DNA from: a virus | Taxonomy: Duplodnaviria; Caudoviricetes | Virus record (IMG/VR): IMGVR_UViG_3300013368_000005 | Span: 122,591 to 186,590 of that record | Reading direction: 5' to 3' (one strand) | DNA length: 64,000 nt | In this document: piece after piece, positions 9,232-19,526 of the stretch | How positions within the stretch are numbered: the stretch's first letter is position 1 | Layout of the letters: each line of letters begins with the position of its first letter | Program-made: the position numbers and the translations under genes | Notes under the pieces: model-generated | The model's input: the letters and a program-made list of their open reading frames with translations, nothing else | The model's database searches: none | What the model was told of the DNA's origin: nothing

Positions 9232-11541
9232 ATGAATAGTTTAGAGACTTTATGTTATATCGTAGATAATTTACTTAAAAGTAATCTACAAGTGTTAACT
9301 GAAGAAAATATTAAACTAATAAATGAAATAACTGGTGCTGTGTTAAAGTTAACACAGCATTCAGATTATGATATTCAATGTATGGATAAGATATTATTCT
9401 TATCGAATATACTATGGGAAAATACGGATAGAAATAAATTGCCTTTAGATGATGGCATATATGATTTATTAATAGAATTATATAGAAAATATAATCCTAA
9501 TTTTCAAGTTGGAGCACCATCTATACAGTTTATAAATACAAATGGCTTAGATGGAGAAAAATTTGAAATGCAACCATTAGTAAGGTTTATAGAACAAGAT
9601 AAACTAGAAGATATGTTATTTGCAAATCAAATAGTTCCTGCAACTAAATATACTAAATTAGATATACTACAACCAATGATTTCATTCGCAGATACTAATT
9701 ATATATCTAAACGTATAGTAAATCAAAAACAATTGAATCCAAAATTGGTTGGAACTTTAGATAAGTGTAAATTCGTTTTAAATGCTCAAGCAATAGATAA
9801 AGGGGTATTTAATGATTCTAATGTCAAAGTTCTTGAAAGAGATTTCTTTCAAAAACATATACAACAAGGAATATTAGATCCTAATAGAATATTTTCAATG
9901 CTTTTAGAACTTAAATTTGATGGTGTATCGGTTTCAGCAAAAGTATCAAATAAAGTACATCAAGCAATGACAAGAGGAGATGCGAATAATGAAGTAGCAG
10001 CAGATATAACTCCTATTCTATATGACTATAAGTTTCCAAGAGCAACAGGAATTATTCCAGAAAATGAATGTTTTGATATGAAATTCGAAGCTATTATGAC
10101 TTATTATGATCTTTATAGATATAATATAGCTAGAGGGAAGAATTATAAAAATTGTAGAACAGCTATAATTAGCGTGTTTGGTTCATCAGATGCAGCTAAA
10201 TATAGGGATTATATTACATTAATGCCTATAACGACATCTTTAGATATTGATAGATTATCAGAAATGGAGTTCTTAGATAACTATTATCAGACTGGAGAAA
10301 GAATAAGGTATGCAGTCATATCTGGAACTTATATAGAAATATTATTTCAGATTAAAAAATTTGTAGAAGAAGCAGAATATATGAGATCATTTATTCCATA
10401 TATGTATGATGGAATAGTTGCATCATATTTAGATGAAGATTTAATAAATACTCTTGGTAGAGAGAATTCTATTAATAAATATTCTATGGCTATTAAATTT
10501 AATCCTTTAAAGAAACAGACTATATTTAGAGGATATACGTATGAAATAGGTCAAGATGGTAGTGTAACTCCGATGATACATTATGATCCAGTAGAATTTT
10601 ATGGTACAATACATCCTAAATCTACAGGTCATTCTTATGAGAGATTTAAAACATTAGGATTAAGAATAGGAGATATCATAGATGTTGAATATGTAAATGA
10701 CGTAATGCCTTATGTAACTAAACCAATAAATACTCATAATGATAATAATCAAAATGCATTAGAAAATTTTATAACCCACTGTCCATATTGCCAATCTCAA
10801 TTAGTTATATCAGAATCTGGAAGATCTGTATATTGTAAGAATATAGAATGTTCAGGTAGGCATCTATCTAGGATAGTGGGCACATTTGATAAATTAGATA
10901 TTAAAGATTTCTCTGAAGGGCAATTGAAGAAAATAAATAAATATACATTAACAGAATTACTTCAATTGAAATTAGAAGATGTAGAATTTTTGGGAGATCT
11001 TACAAGTACCAAATTTATACAATCTATGAATGAATTATATCATAGAGAGATTTATGATTTTAATCTAGTTGGTGCCTTAGGGTTTACAAGTGTAGCATCT
11101 AAAACTTGGATGTTAATATTGAATAAAATTTCTTTACAAAAAATGATTAAATTATATTCTGAAGATGTTGATCAATTGAGAAATATAATTGTTTCAATTA
11201 AAGGTATAGGTCCTATTACAGCAGATACAATTGTTAATGAATTTGAATTCTTTATGAATGATTTAATAACTATATGTACATTTCCAAATCTCATAATCAC
11301 TGAGGGAATTAAGTTAGGAAAGAAGATAAGATTTACAGGATTTAGAGATAAAGAGTTAGTAACTAAGTTAGCTTCCCTGGGATATGATATAGGTGAAGGT
11401 TCAGTAACAAAAGATACGGATATATTGTTAATTCCTGTATCAACGTATAGTAGTCCAAAAACTAAAAAGGCTGCTAGTTATGGTGTAAATATTGTTCCAA
11501 TAGATGAATTTAGAGCTGATATGGAACAGTATTTAGCGTAA
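9232..11541 (+). CDS. ligA: NAD-dependent DNA ligase
   Basis: ELKFDG adenylation motif, TRGD, YDGIV, AIKF, OB fold, Cys4 zinc finger, HhH (IKGIGP), BRCT; start at ATG 9232 after SD GGAGG. Confidence 0.92.
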   Translation: MNSLETLCYIVDNLLKSNLQVLTEENIKLINEITGAVLKLTQHSDYDIQCMDKILFLSNILWENTDRNKLPLDDGIYDLLIELYRKYNPNFQVGAPSIQFINTNGLDGEKFEMQPLVRFIEQDKLEDMLFANQIVPATKYTKLDILQPMISFADTNYISKRIVNQKQLNPKLVGTLDKCKFVLNAQAIDKGVFNDSNVKVLERDFFQKHIQQGILDPNRIFSMLLELKFDGVSVSAKVSNKVHQAMTRGDANNEVAADITPILYDYKFPRATGIIPENECFDMKFEAIMTYYDLYRYNIARGKNYKNCRTAIISVFGSSDAAKYRDYITLMPITTSLDIDRLSEMEFLDNYYQTGERIRYAVISGTYIEILFQIKKFVEEAEYMRSFIPYMYDGIVASYLDEDLINTLGRENSINKYSMAIKFNPLKKQTIFRGYTYEIGQDGSVTPMIHYDPVEFYGTIHPKSTGHSYERFKTLGLRIGDIIDVEYVNDVMPYVTKPINTHNDNNQNALENFITHCPYCQSQLVISESGRSVYCKNIECSGRHLSRIVGTFDKLDIKDFSEGQLKKINKYTLTELLQLKLEDVEFLGDLTSTKFIQSMNELYHREIYDFNLVGALGFTSVASKTWMLILNKISLQKMIKLYSEDVDQLRNIIVSIKGIGPITADTIVNEFEFFMNDLITICTFPNLIITEGIKLGKKIRFTGFRDKELVTKLASLGYDIGEGSVTKDTDILLIPVSTYSSPKTKKAASYGVNIVPIDEFRADMEQYLA

Positions 11542-11616
11542 ATGGTTAAATTAAATTTTACAAATGAGTAAACTTAATAATAAGAAATAAAAGTTTACTC
11601 ATGTAAAATTCTTTAT

Positions 11617-11630
11617 AATTATATATTATA
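11617..11630 (+). promoter_or_regulatory. Early-type promoter AATTATATATTATA
   Basis: Exact 14-mer copy. Confidence 0.7.
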
Positions 11631-11677
11631 AAGATGTAATAAATAAAAACTTTTTAATTTAAGGGAGGATGTTTTTA

Positions 11678-12274
11678 ATGAACACAAATTTAAAAGAGAG
11701 TACAATAGCAATCGATTACCAACAAGAGGTTAACAATCAAGGATATCTTTGGGACCCAGCAGATACTTTTAAAGTATTTGATTCAGTGATATTAGGAATA
11801 ACAGATTACTTAGCATTAGCTAAATCTAAAAAACAATCAACAGCAGTGGCTATTAATGATTTAAAAGGCAATTTATTATTTGCTGGAATAGTTGCTTACC
11901 ATGAAAACGAAAATGAAGAAATGCCAGGCAACTGGTCTTATGAATTTACATTTGATCCAGAAGATATCAAGGATGCAAAAGTAGTTAATTCAACTGATGG
12001 ACAAATTACTAGATTTGTTCAAACTGCAGCTTCAAATCAATATAATATGTATTTCGGAAATCCAACAATGATTCAAGTTACATTAGAGACTTTCGCAAAT
12101 ACTTTAAAAAGATGGTTAGATCAAAATGCTAGAGAAGGCGAAGAAGTATCAGTAATTGAAGAAGGATTCTTTGTAGCTTCAGCAGTAGTAGAAAATGGTG
12201 AGAAAGTATTTTCCGTAGTACCAGATGGTGCTATGAAAAAGATAATCAAAGATGATGCTGCTATAGAGAAATAA
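11678..12274 (+). CDS. Hypothetical acidic protein, possibly with a tandem HU/IHF-like fold
   Basis: SD GGGAGG; C-half TLETFANTLKRWL...GEEVSVIEEGFF...VVPDGAMKKIIK has an HU-like pattern. Confidence 0.55.
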   Translation: MNTNLKESTIAIDYQQEVNNQGYLWDPADTFKVFDSVILGITDYLALAKSKKQSTAVAINDLKGNLLFAGIVAYHENENEEMPGNWSYEFTFDPEDIKDAKVVNSTDGQITRFVQTAASNQYNMYFGNPTMIQVTLETFANTLKRWLDQNAREGEEVSVIEEGFFVASAVVENGEKVFSVVPDGAMKKIIKDDAAIEK

Positions 12275-12292
12275 AAACATTATTATATCCAA

Positions 12293-12327
12293 AAACTCGT
12301 ATGTTTAAACATACGAGTTTATTTTTA
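12293..12327 (+). terminator. Intrinsic terminator (28-bp perfect palindrome)
   Basis: AAACTCGTATGTTTAAACATACGAGTTT followed by T-rich sequence. Confidence 0.7.
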
Positions 12328-12346
12328 ATGAAAGAGAGGGTTTTTA

Positions 12347-12985
12347 ATGGCTATAGTAAGAAAAGGTAAAGTGTTAGGAAAGATGTATGATGTGATAACT
12401 CCTGAAGAATATTCACAGGAACCTGATATATATAATAATAACTTTACAGCTATTCAAAAAGACAATATATTATACCCAATAAGCAAAACAAGTGCTAAAC
12501 CAGGGTTCTTTGTAAAGAACCAAATTGTATCATTTTTTATCGACCCACCTGAGGAAGAAAGAGAACAGTATTCAGCAGATACAGTTATTGACTTTACTCA
12601 AGTAAGCAATATAAAAGAGATGATTGATAAATCCACATCTTTAGAGGATATAGAAAGAAAGATATTATGTACACCAGATAATATCTATGTTCCTTATATG
12701 GATTCTAAAGATGCACCAGAAGTTAGGGGATTAAAAGAAGCTATCGAAGCTAAACATATAGATTTAGATAAATATGAAGATAGATTCGATGGTAACTATA
12801 ATAATGATAGAAGATTACTTAATAAGAATAATATATCATTAGGTAAATATAGAAAAATATCTGATGCTTTAGATATAAAGGTAACACTAATTTTAGAAGA
12901 TAAGCATCCAAATGTACCTAATCCAATGGGTAAAACAATAACAGTAGAATTAACATCTGGAGGTGATGACTCTAGTGATGAATAA
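12347..12985 (+). CDS. Hypothetical protein with possible C-terminal Cro/C1-type HTH
   Basis: RLLNKNNISLGKYRKISDALDIKVTLIL resembles the end of an Xre HTH; overlaps the RNAP beta-N start. Confidence 0.55.
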   Translation: MAIVRKGKVLGKMYDVITPEEYSQEPDIYNNNFTAIQKDNILYPISKTSAKPGFFVKNQIVSFFIDPPEEEREQYSADTVIDFTQVSNIKEMIDKSTSLEDIERKILCTPDNIYVPYMDSKDAPEVRGLKEAIEAKHIDLDKYEDRFDGNYNNDRRLLNKNNISLGKYRKISDALDIKVTLILEDKHPNVPNPMGKTITVELTSGGDDSSDE

Positions 12986-14699
12986 TATATCACAATATCA
13001 AATAATTAAACAATATAATGATACTCATAGAGAACCATTTAATAATGAATTATTTGTAAGGGATGAAAAAGATATAATCGAATGCCTTCAAAAAGTTATA
13101 CTATCTTGTCAGAGAAATCATTACTTTACATTGAGAGTAGAAAGTTTTAAGATAATAGATAATTATGAAGAAATGATGGCTATACTCGCAAGGAATGAGG
13201 AAGAAGGACTTAAGAATAAAAATAAGAAGAAGGTAAATCAGTATGAATATGTAAACTTAAAAGATACTGATATGGTTCTAATGATAGTCACCTATTATAT
13301 AGAAGCTAAAGGGAAATCACAATATCTTGATGTATATATATTAATACCTAAAATTGTAGATAAATATTACTTTAGAATATATGGTAATTTATATTGTGCT
13401 AGTTTGCAAGTTGTAGATGCTAGTACTTATAATAACAATTATTCTAGTAATGCAAAAAAACAGGTAGTAACAGAAAAGACGACTTTCCAACCTATAAGGA
13501 TATATAGAAATCTGGCTTTACTTACAACGGTAGATGGCGAGGATTTAAAGACAGTTTACTATACATCGCGTATGTTTAATAAGTCATTTTGTGCGTTTAA
13601 ATATATCTTAGCAAGATATGGATTGTACGGAACTATAAACTTTACAGGAATAACATGTATATCTATATTAGATAAAATACCAGATAATAAGGATATGCAT
13701 AATTTATATGTATTCGAAAAGGAAGGTATTTATATATCTATTCCTAAAGAAATATTTGATAATGATTATACAACACAATCTTTAATATTAACTTTATGGA
13801 GTTCTATCCATAAAGATACAAAATATCAAGATTTATTTACACAAGTATATTGGTTAAAATCATTAGGTGGAGAGTTTAATACATTTACACCAGAAAAAGG
13901 ATATGATTTACTAAAATCATTAGAAAATATTTATGATATAATCACTAAGGAAGATTTACACTTACCAGAAGATGTAAAGAAAGATGTATACGGTGTTTTA
14001 TTTTGGTTAATTAGAGAATTTGGTAATCTTAGAAATAAAGATAACCTAGATATTTCTACTAAGAAAGTAAGATGTGCAGAATATATAGCGTCTTTATATG
14101 CTATGAAAATGGCACAAGGTATATATAGACTATCAGATAAACGTACTAATGTATCTATTGAAAGTATTAGGAAAGTTATACTTATAAAACCTACTTTCTT
14201 AATAGAATCTATATCAAGATGTAACTTGGTTAACTATAGAAATTTAGTTAATGACTTGGATGCTTTGACAGCATTAAAGTATACTTATAAGGGTATATCA
14301 GGTATAGGAGAGAAAGGAAATAATTCTGTACCTAAAGCATATAGAAGTATTCATGTGTCACATTTGGGAAGAGTAGATGTAAACTCATCATCTAAATCAG
14401 ACCCAGGTATGTCTGGTCTTATATGTCCATTCACAAAATTATATAATGGTTCATTCTCTGAATTTGAAGAACCAAATACATGGGATGAACAGTTTAGTAG
14501 TTTAATGGATAATTATAAAAAAACAGTTGGCTTAAAAGAATTGATAACATTTAAGAAGAATATATTAGGAGAACAAAATTTAGAAGAGGATGAAAAATTT
14601 GTTGATAGTTGTATAGATAATATGCAAACTTTAATAAATCCAGTCCGCTTTGTTGAAAACACAGCACAATATGTTGTAGAAGATTCTGTAAGTATATAA
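12963..14699 (+). CDS. rpoB: Non-virion RNA polymerase beta subunit, N-terminal half (true start probably 12975 or 12978)
   Basis: YFRIYGNLY...LQ; RSIHVSHLGRVDVNSSSKSDPGMSG matches RpoB [23 protein letters not shown]. Confidence 0.85.
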   Translation: MMTLVMNNISQYQIIKQYNDTHREPFNNELFVRDEKDIIECLQKVILSCQRNHYFTLRVESFKIIDNYEEMMAILARNEEEGLKNKNKKKVNQYEYVNLKDTDMVLMIVTYYIEAKGKSQYLDVYILIPKIVDKYYFRIYGNLYCASLQVVDASTYNNNYSSNAKKQVVTEKTTFQPIRIYRNLALLTTVDGEDLKTVYYTSRMFNKSFCAFKYILARYGLYGTINFTGITCISILDKIPDNKDMHNLYVFEKEGIYISIPKEIFDNDYTTQSLILTLWSSIHKDTKYQDLFTQVYWLKSLGGEFNTFTPEKGYDLLKSLENIYDIITKEDLHLPEDVKKDVYGVLFWLIREFGNLRNKDNLDISTKKVRCAEYIASLYAMKMAQGIYRLSDKRTNVSIESIRKVILIKPTFLIESISRCNLVNYRNLVNDLDALTALKYTYKGISGIGEKGNNSVPKAYRSIHVSHLGRVDVNSSSKSDPGMSGLICPFTKLYNGSFSEFEEPNTWDEQFSSLMDNYKKTVGLKELITFKKNILGEQNLEEDEKFVDSCIDNMQTLINPVRFVENTAQYVVEDSVSI

Positions 14700-14711
14700 A
14701 TCAAAAGGAGG

Positions 14712-14939
14712 TTGATTACTATGGAATACTTTTTATTCTCAGCAAGTCAATTAAAGAAACAAAAAGAAATTGCCGATACATTAGGAAAAACATATTCTCC
14801 AGGAACCGTATTAGTTGGTGGTCAATATAAACAATTTACTGAAAAAGTTACAGACTTAAAGAAGGCAAAATTTTCAGATTACATTATTGTGACTCAAGGT
14901 CCTAAAGGTACTATAAAGTATATAGGGGGCTATAGATAA
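14712..14939 (+). CDS. Small hypothetical protein
   Basis: SD AAGGAGG; coupled to the next gene. Confidence 0.65.
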   Translation: MITMEYFLFSASQLKKQKEIADTLGKTYSPGTVLVGGQYKQFTEKVTDLKKAKFSDYIIVTQGPKGTIKYIGGYR

Positions 14940-15265
14940 TGAAACCACTCGTTACTTTTAAAAATAAAAAAGAATTTAAATGTTTTAATTGTGGTGGAAC
15001 AATAGTAAGAAAAATATCTGAAACTAATAATGTATCTATAGATTCCGAAGGTCATCCTTCGGAATTTGATACATTATATGATGAGTATTATATATGTTCT
15101 AGCTGTGGAGATGATTTAACAGAGTTTGTCAGGAGAGTTAATAATCATTTTTACTTATCAACTAGGGGTTATGATATTCTAGTATCGGATTTAATAGAAA
15201 AAAGAATAGCAGATAATAATATAAATCCGTTTGGACATTATGGAAAGGATGAAGAAAATGAATAG
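14939..15265 (+). CDS. Zinc-ribbon protein
   Basis: CFNC...CSSC; N-terminal MKPLVTF. Confidence 0.7.
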   Translation: MKPLVTFKNKKEFKCFNCGGTIVRKISETNNVSIDSEGHPSEFDTLYDEYYICSSCGDDLTEFVRRVNNHFYLSTRGYDILVSDLIEKRIADNNINPFGHYGKDEENE

Positions 15266-15863
15266 TTATTTCAGTAAAATATTTTCTGGAACTAGACAAA
15301 TCTTTATAAAAAGTCGATTGACAAGACTTAGTACAAAAATTCCAAATACTATAATAAATATTGTCTTTTCACACACAGGAAAAGAAATTGAAGGTACTTG
15401 TGACAGATTTGAAATAGATGGGTTATTTCCTAGTACCGTATTCATAATAAAAGATATATCTAATACTATATTGTATAATGATATATTTATAGTTGGAGAG
15501 CATCGATATATAGTGAATATAATTCCATATAATTTAGATGATGTAGATGATGATTCTTTTGTTATTCACATAAGAAATATTTATAGAAATATATTAAAAA
15601 CATTAACTTTTAACTATGAGTGCATTCATAATGATATAGTTAAAATAGCTGAATTATTATTAACTTATTATACAATAAATGAACTGGTGTATAATATGTC
15701 CATAGAGGACTTTCTATCTATAGATTGGAATATATCCGATGAATCTAAACTTATAGATTCATGTCGTAATGCTATCCAAGATGAAAATAATTTTAGAAAT
15801 GCAGACATAAATAATGTAGAATATCTTTTAGACGATTTAGGAATATTAGATTATCTAAGATAA
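15258..15863 (+). CDS. Hypothetical protein
   Basis: Track ORF 15231; likely start MNSYF after AAGGA. Confidence 0.6.
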   Translation: MNSYFSKIFSGTRQIFIKSRLTRLSTKIPNTIINIVFSHTGKEIEGTCDRFEIDGLFPSTVFIIKDISNTILYNDIFIVGEHRYIVNIIPYNLDDVDDDSFVIHIRNIYRNILKTLTFNYECIHNDIVKIAELLLTYYTINELVYNMSIEDFLSIDWNISDESKLIDSCRNAIQDENNFRNADINNVEYLLDDLGILDYLR

Positions 15864-15904
15864 GGGTCTTCCCTTATCTTTATTTTTTGAGAGGTGAATA
15901 TTAT

Positions 15905-16201
15905 ATGCAAAAAATGATTGAATTTAAGAGACCAGATTATTGTATACACTGTGAAACAGAACGTGCAATAGAGGGTTATGATAAATTTGGAAAACCTATA
16001 AATTATACTTATTTAATAGATCAAAAACAACTTGGTAAAGAAGTAAGTGATAAATTAGATAGAAGAGAAGTTACATTTATGAAGTGCAGAAAATGTAATC
16101 ATGAATTCTTTATAGATTGGAGAACCAAAGATAATATTCCTAAACCCATAAATAGCTTTGTTCCTATAGATTATTTTCTTATATCAAATTATAAATATTA
16201 G
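15905..16201 (+). CDS. Zinc-finger protein
   Basis: CIHC...CRKC; start ATG 15905 after GAGGTG; N-terminal MQKMIEF. Confidence 0.7.
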   Translation: MQKMIEFKRPDYCIHCETERAIEGYDKFGKPINYTYLIDQKQLGKEVSDKLDRREVTFMKCRKCNHEFFIDWRTKDNIPKPINSFVPIDYFLISNYKY

Positions 16202-16245
16202 CATTTTCCCATAGTAATAACTTTATAGTAAAAGGGGATGATTTT

Positions 16246-18954
16246 ATGAGAATTTTATATATGAAGCTTAAAGGATATATAGGTATATATAATGGTTTAG
16301 GATTAGACGAAATAGAAATAGATTTTTCTAAATGTAAAAATAAGATATTAGTAATTAAAGGGAGCAATGGTTCTGGTAAATCTACATTATGGAAAGCAAT
16401 GTCCCATTTACCAGATTCAAATGATCAATTTATACCAAACAAATCAGCATATAAAATATTTATGTTAGAGGATAATGGTATTGTATATAAATTTAAACTG
16501 ATACACGATGTAAAAGTAAATGGTGATAGGCAAACGACCAAAGCATATATAACCAAAGCCTTGCCAGATGGTACTGTATTAGAATTAAATCCAAATGGAA
16601 ATATTAGTAGTTTTAAAGAAATATCTGAATCTGAATTATGCTTGGATGCTAATTTTATAGCATTATCTCAACTCAGTTCATCAGATAGGGGTTTGGCTGA
16701 TAAAAAACCTAGTGAAAGAAAGAAATTCATTGGTAATATTGTTGAAAATATTCAAGTTTATAATAATATGAATAAAACACTAACAAAACGTGGTTCTGTA
16801 TTTAAATCTATGGTAAATAGTTTAATAGGTAAAATAAATAATATAGGAGATGAAGAAGCGTTAAAGAATACATTAGTTTCAATAGAAAATAGAATAAATA
16901 AATTGAATGAGAAAAAAGAATTATGTATTCAAGTAATAGCTAATAATAGATCCAAAGTACAACTACTCGATCCAGATGGGTCTATTCAGGAGTCATATCA
17001 GTCTATATACAATAAACTTGTTAAATGTGATGAAGAATATAAAGAATCCATTGAGAGAATAAATGTATATTTACCCAAAATAGGTTTAAATGAATTAGAT
17101 GAAAATAAGATAAGATCAATTTATAATAATACTAAAAAGGAAATAGATAATTTACTTTTGTTTATAAGAGTTACAGAATCGGATATAAATTCATTATTAA
17201 ATAAGCGAGAAGAAGAAGCTAAAACAATACAATCTAAATCAGCTAAATTGCAATCACTAGAAATGGATATTAATTATAAAGATTTATTAAACTTTATGGA
17301 AGTATGTAACAATAATATTTCTAATTACAATAAGATAATAGATGATATAGGAATAAAAGATATCAATGTTATATCTAAAGAAGAATTTATAATAGGGCTT
17401 AATACACTTAAGGAAGTAAAAGAAATATTGGATATATTTAAATCGTATAGTGATGTATCTATAGTAAATAAATCTATACAATATATCAAGTCTGAAACAT
17501 ATCCAGAGGTAGAAAATATAAGACAAGAAATAGATACATTAAAGGAATTAGTTCAAACTAAATCATCAGATATTCAGTATTATAATCTTCTTAAACAAAC
17601 GTCTAATAAATTAAATCTTCGACCTAGTAATTGTAATATAGATACCTGTGAATTTATTAAAGATGCAGTAGATGCATTCAAAATGGAACCTGATAAAAAT
17701 ATAGATTTAATTACTTCTACTATACAAGAAACTACTAATACAATAAATGTAAAACTCAAAGAATTAGATGAAAATGTTGCTATAGTGGAATGTATAAACT
17801 ATATAAAAAGCATACTAAGAAATTTAAATAAACATGCATCTATATTAAATAAATTACCAGTAGAAAGTATTTATTTTAATAATGAATTATTTCTAAATGC
17901 TTTATCTAATAATTATAAGTTTGACGAAATAGATACTCTGTATAGGTATATAGAATATGCTAATATAATAGAAGAATATAAAATACAGGTTAACAAATTA
18001 GATAGACTTAATAAAGATTATGAAATATATCAAAGCAAAAATGATATAATAAATGAAATAATAAGTGACATAGATAGTTTAAACGATAAACTGAGTTCTA
18101 TTACTATAAAAATTGATGAAAGTAAAGATGAATTGTTAAAATCTAAAGTTATACTATCTAAGCATAAACAAATATTAGGCGATTGTGAATTTATATTAGA
18201 ATTATTATACAAGAAAAAAGAAATAGAGAGTGATAAAAATATATTAATTTCTAATTTTAACTCAATTAAAACTAATATAACTATTATTAAAGAATGTATA
18301 TCTAATATAAATTTAAACGAAGTCGAATTAAACAAAATTAATTCTGAAATAAATCCTATAGTATTAGAAAGAGATACTATAAAACATGGTTTATCATTAC
18401 TTTCAGAATATAATCAAGAAATGGAGATATATTCAAATAAGTTTAATAAAGTAGAAGTAATTAAAAAACATTCTTCTCCTACAAAAGGTATACAAACATT
18501 ATTTATAAATATGTATATGAATAAGACATTAGTAATGGCTAATGAATTACTTCAATTAATGTTCGGGGGAGAATTCATTCTTGGTAACTATATCATAAAT
18601 GAAGATGAATTTAAAATACCATGTATAGGTGAAGGTATTCCAAATGATGATATATCATCTATGTCTACAAGTCAAATATGTATGATATCGATGATACTAT
18701 CTTTTGTATTACTTCAACAATCTTCTACTAAATATAATATATTAAAGCTTGATGAAATAGATGGTGGATTGGATACTGTTAATAGAATTAGGTTTATTAC
18801 AGTATTATTTAAGCTTATAGATGTATTTAATATAGAGCAATCTATAATGATATCTCATAACAATGAACTTAATTTAGATGATTGTGATCTTATTCTTTTA
18901 AAAATGCCAGAAGGGGACACTGTAAATGGTGGAAATGTAATATATAAATATTAA
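16246..18954 (+). CDS. sbcC: SbcC/Rad50-like SMC ATPase
   Basis: Walker A GSNGSGKS, long coiled coil with central Cys pair (CNIDTC), signature MSTSQ, Walker B LKLDEIDGGLD, ISH. Confidence 0.9.
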   Translation: MRILYMKLKGYIGIYNGLGLDEIEIDFSKCKNKILVIKGSNGSGKSTLWKAMSHLPDSNDQFIPNKSAYKIFMLEDNGIVYKFKLIHDVKVNGDRQTTKAYITKALPDGTVLELNPNGNISSFKEISESELCLDANFIALSQLSSSDRGLADKKPSERKKFIGNIVENIQVYNNMNKTLTKRGSVFKSMVNSLIGKINNIGDEEALKNTLVSIENRINKLNEKKELCIQVIANNRSKVQLLDPDGSIQESYQSIYNKLVKCDEEYKESIERINVYLPKIGLNELDENKIRSIYNNTKKEIDNLLLFIRVTESDINSLLNKREEEAKTIQSKSAKLQSLEMDINYKDLLNFMEVCNNNISNYNKIIDDIGIKDINVISKEEFIIGLNTLKEVKEILDIFKSYSDVSIVNKSIQYIKSETYPEVENIRQEIDTLKELVQTKSSDIQYYNLLKQTSNKLNLRPSNCNIDTCEFIKDAVDAFKMEPDKNIDLITSTIQETTNTINVKLKELDENVAIVECINYIKSILRNLNKHASILNKLPVESIYFNNELFLNALSNNYKFDEIDTLYRYIEYANIIEEYKIQVNKLDRLNKDYEIYQSKNDIINEIISDIDSLNDKLSSITIKIDESKDELLKSKVILSKHKQILGDCEFILELLYKKKEIESDKNILISNFNSIKTNITIIKECISNINLNEVELNKINSEINPIVLERDTIKHGLSLLSEYNQEMEIYSNKFNKVEVIKKHSSPTKGIQTLFINMYMNKTLVMANELLQLMFGGEFILGNYIINEDEFKIPCIGEGIPNDDISSMSTSQICMISMILSFVLLQQSSTKYNILKLDEIDGGLDTVNRIRFITVLFKLIDVFNIEQSIMISHNNELNLDDCDLILLKMPEGDTVNGGNVIYKY

Positions 18955-19094
18955 CATAATGATAAGAAGAAGTTCGGTTTACTACACTTTATGTGTATTT
19001 ATATATAGGGCATGTAAGAGTGTTCTTCGTGCCCATCTTTTCATAAATAAATTTCCACCTTAAATATTTATTATTATATCTAACGTGTTGTGAC

Positions 19095-19129
19095 AAAAAA
19101 AAGAAGAGGATTAATTTCCTCTTCTTTTT
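19095..19129. terminator. Bidirectional intrinsic terminator
   Basis: A tract, AAGAAGAGGA / TCCTCTTCTT stem, T tract. Confidence 0.7.
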
Positions 19130-19185
19130 ACTTTTTATATAATATTAAACAAATAAGTAAATATAATCCAAGGGGGATGTAAGAA

Positions 19186-19506
19186 ATGAATGATAAACAA
19201 AAATTATTAAAATTATGTAGAATATGGAATAGTCAACATGAGGAGAAATTCCATATTAATCTAATAAACAATTATGAGGATTTTAGTATATTATTTGGTT
19301 CAAGAATAAGAGGAGTATATAAAGGAATATTTGGGAGATTCACAATATTAAGAGACAATAGAACCGTTTACATTGGCGATAGAGTAGATGATTTTATATA
19401 TATTATAAGTACAGCTTTGATTAGAAAAAATACAGATCTAATTCATTTATTAATGATAGAAAAAATTTTTACAATAAATACTGAGCAAGTTTGTTTCAAT
19501 AATTAA
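19186..19506 (+). CDS. Hypothetical protein
   Basis: SD GGGGG; AACA-N6-TA at 19148. Confidence 0.6.
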   Translation: MNDKQKLLKLCRIWNSQHEEKFHINLINNYEDFSILFGSRIRGVYKGIFGRFTILRDNRTVYIGDRVDDFIYIISTALIRKNTDLIHLLMIEKIFTINTEQVCFNN

Positions 19507-19526
19507 AATAAAAGGAGAGATTAATT

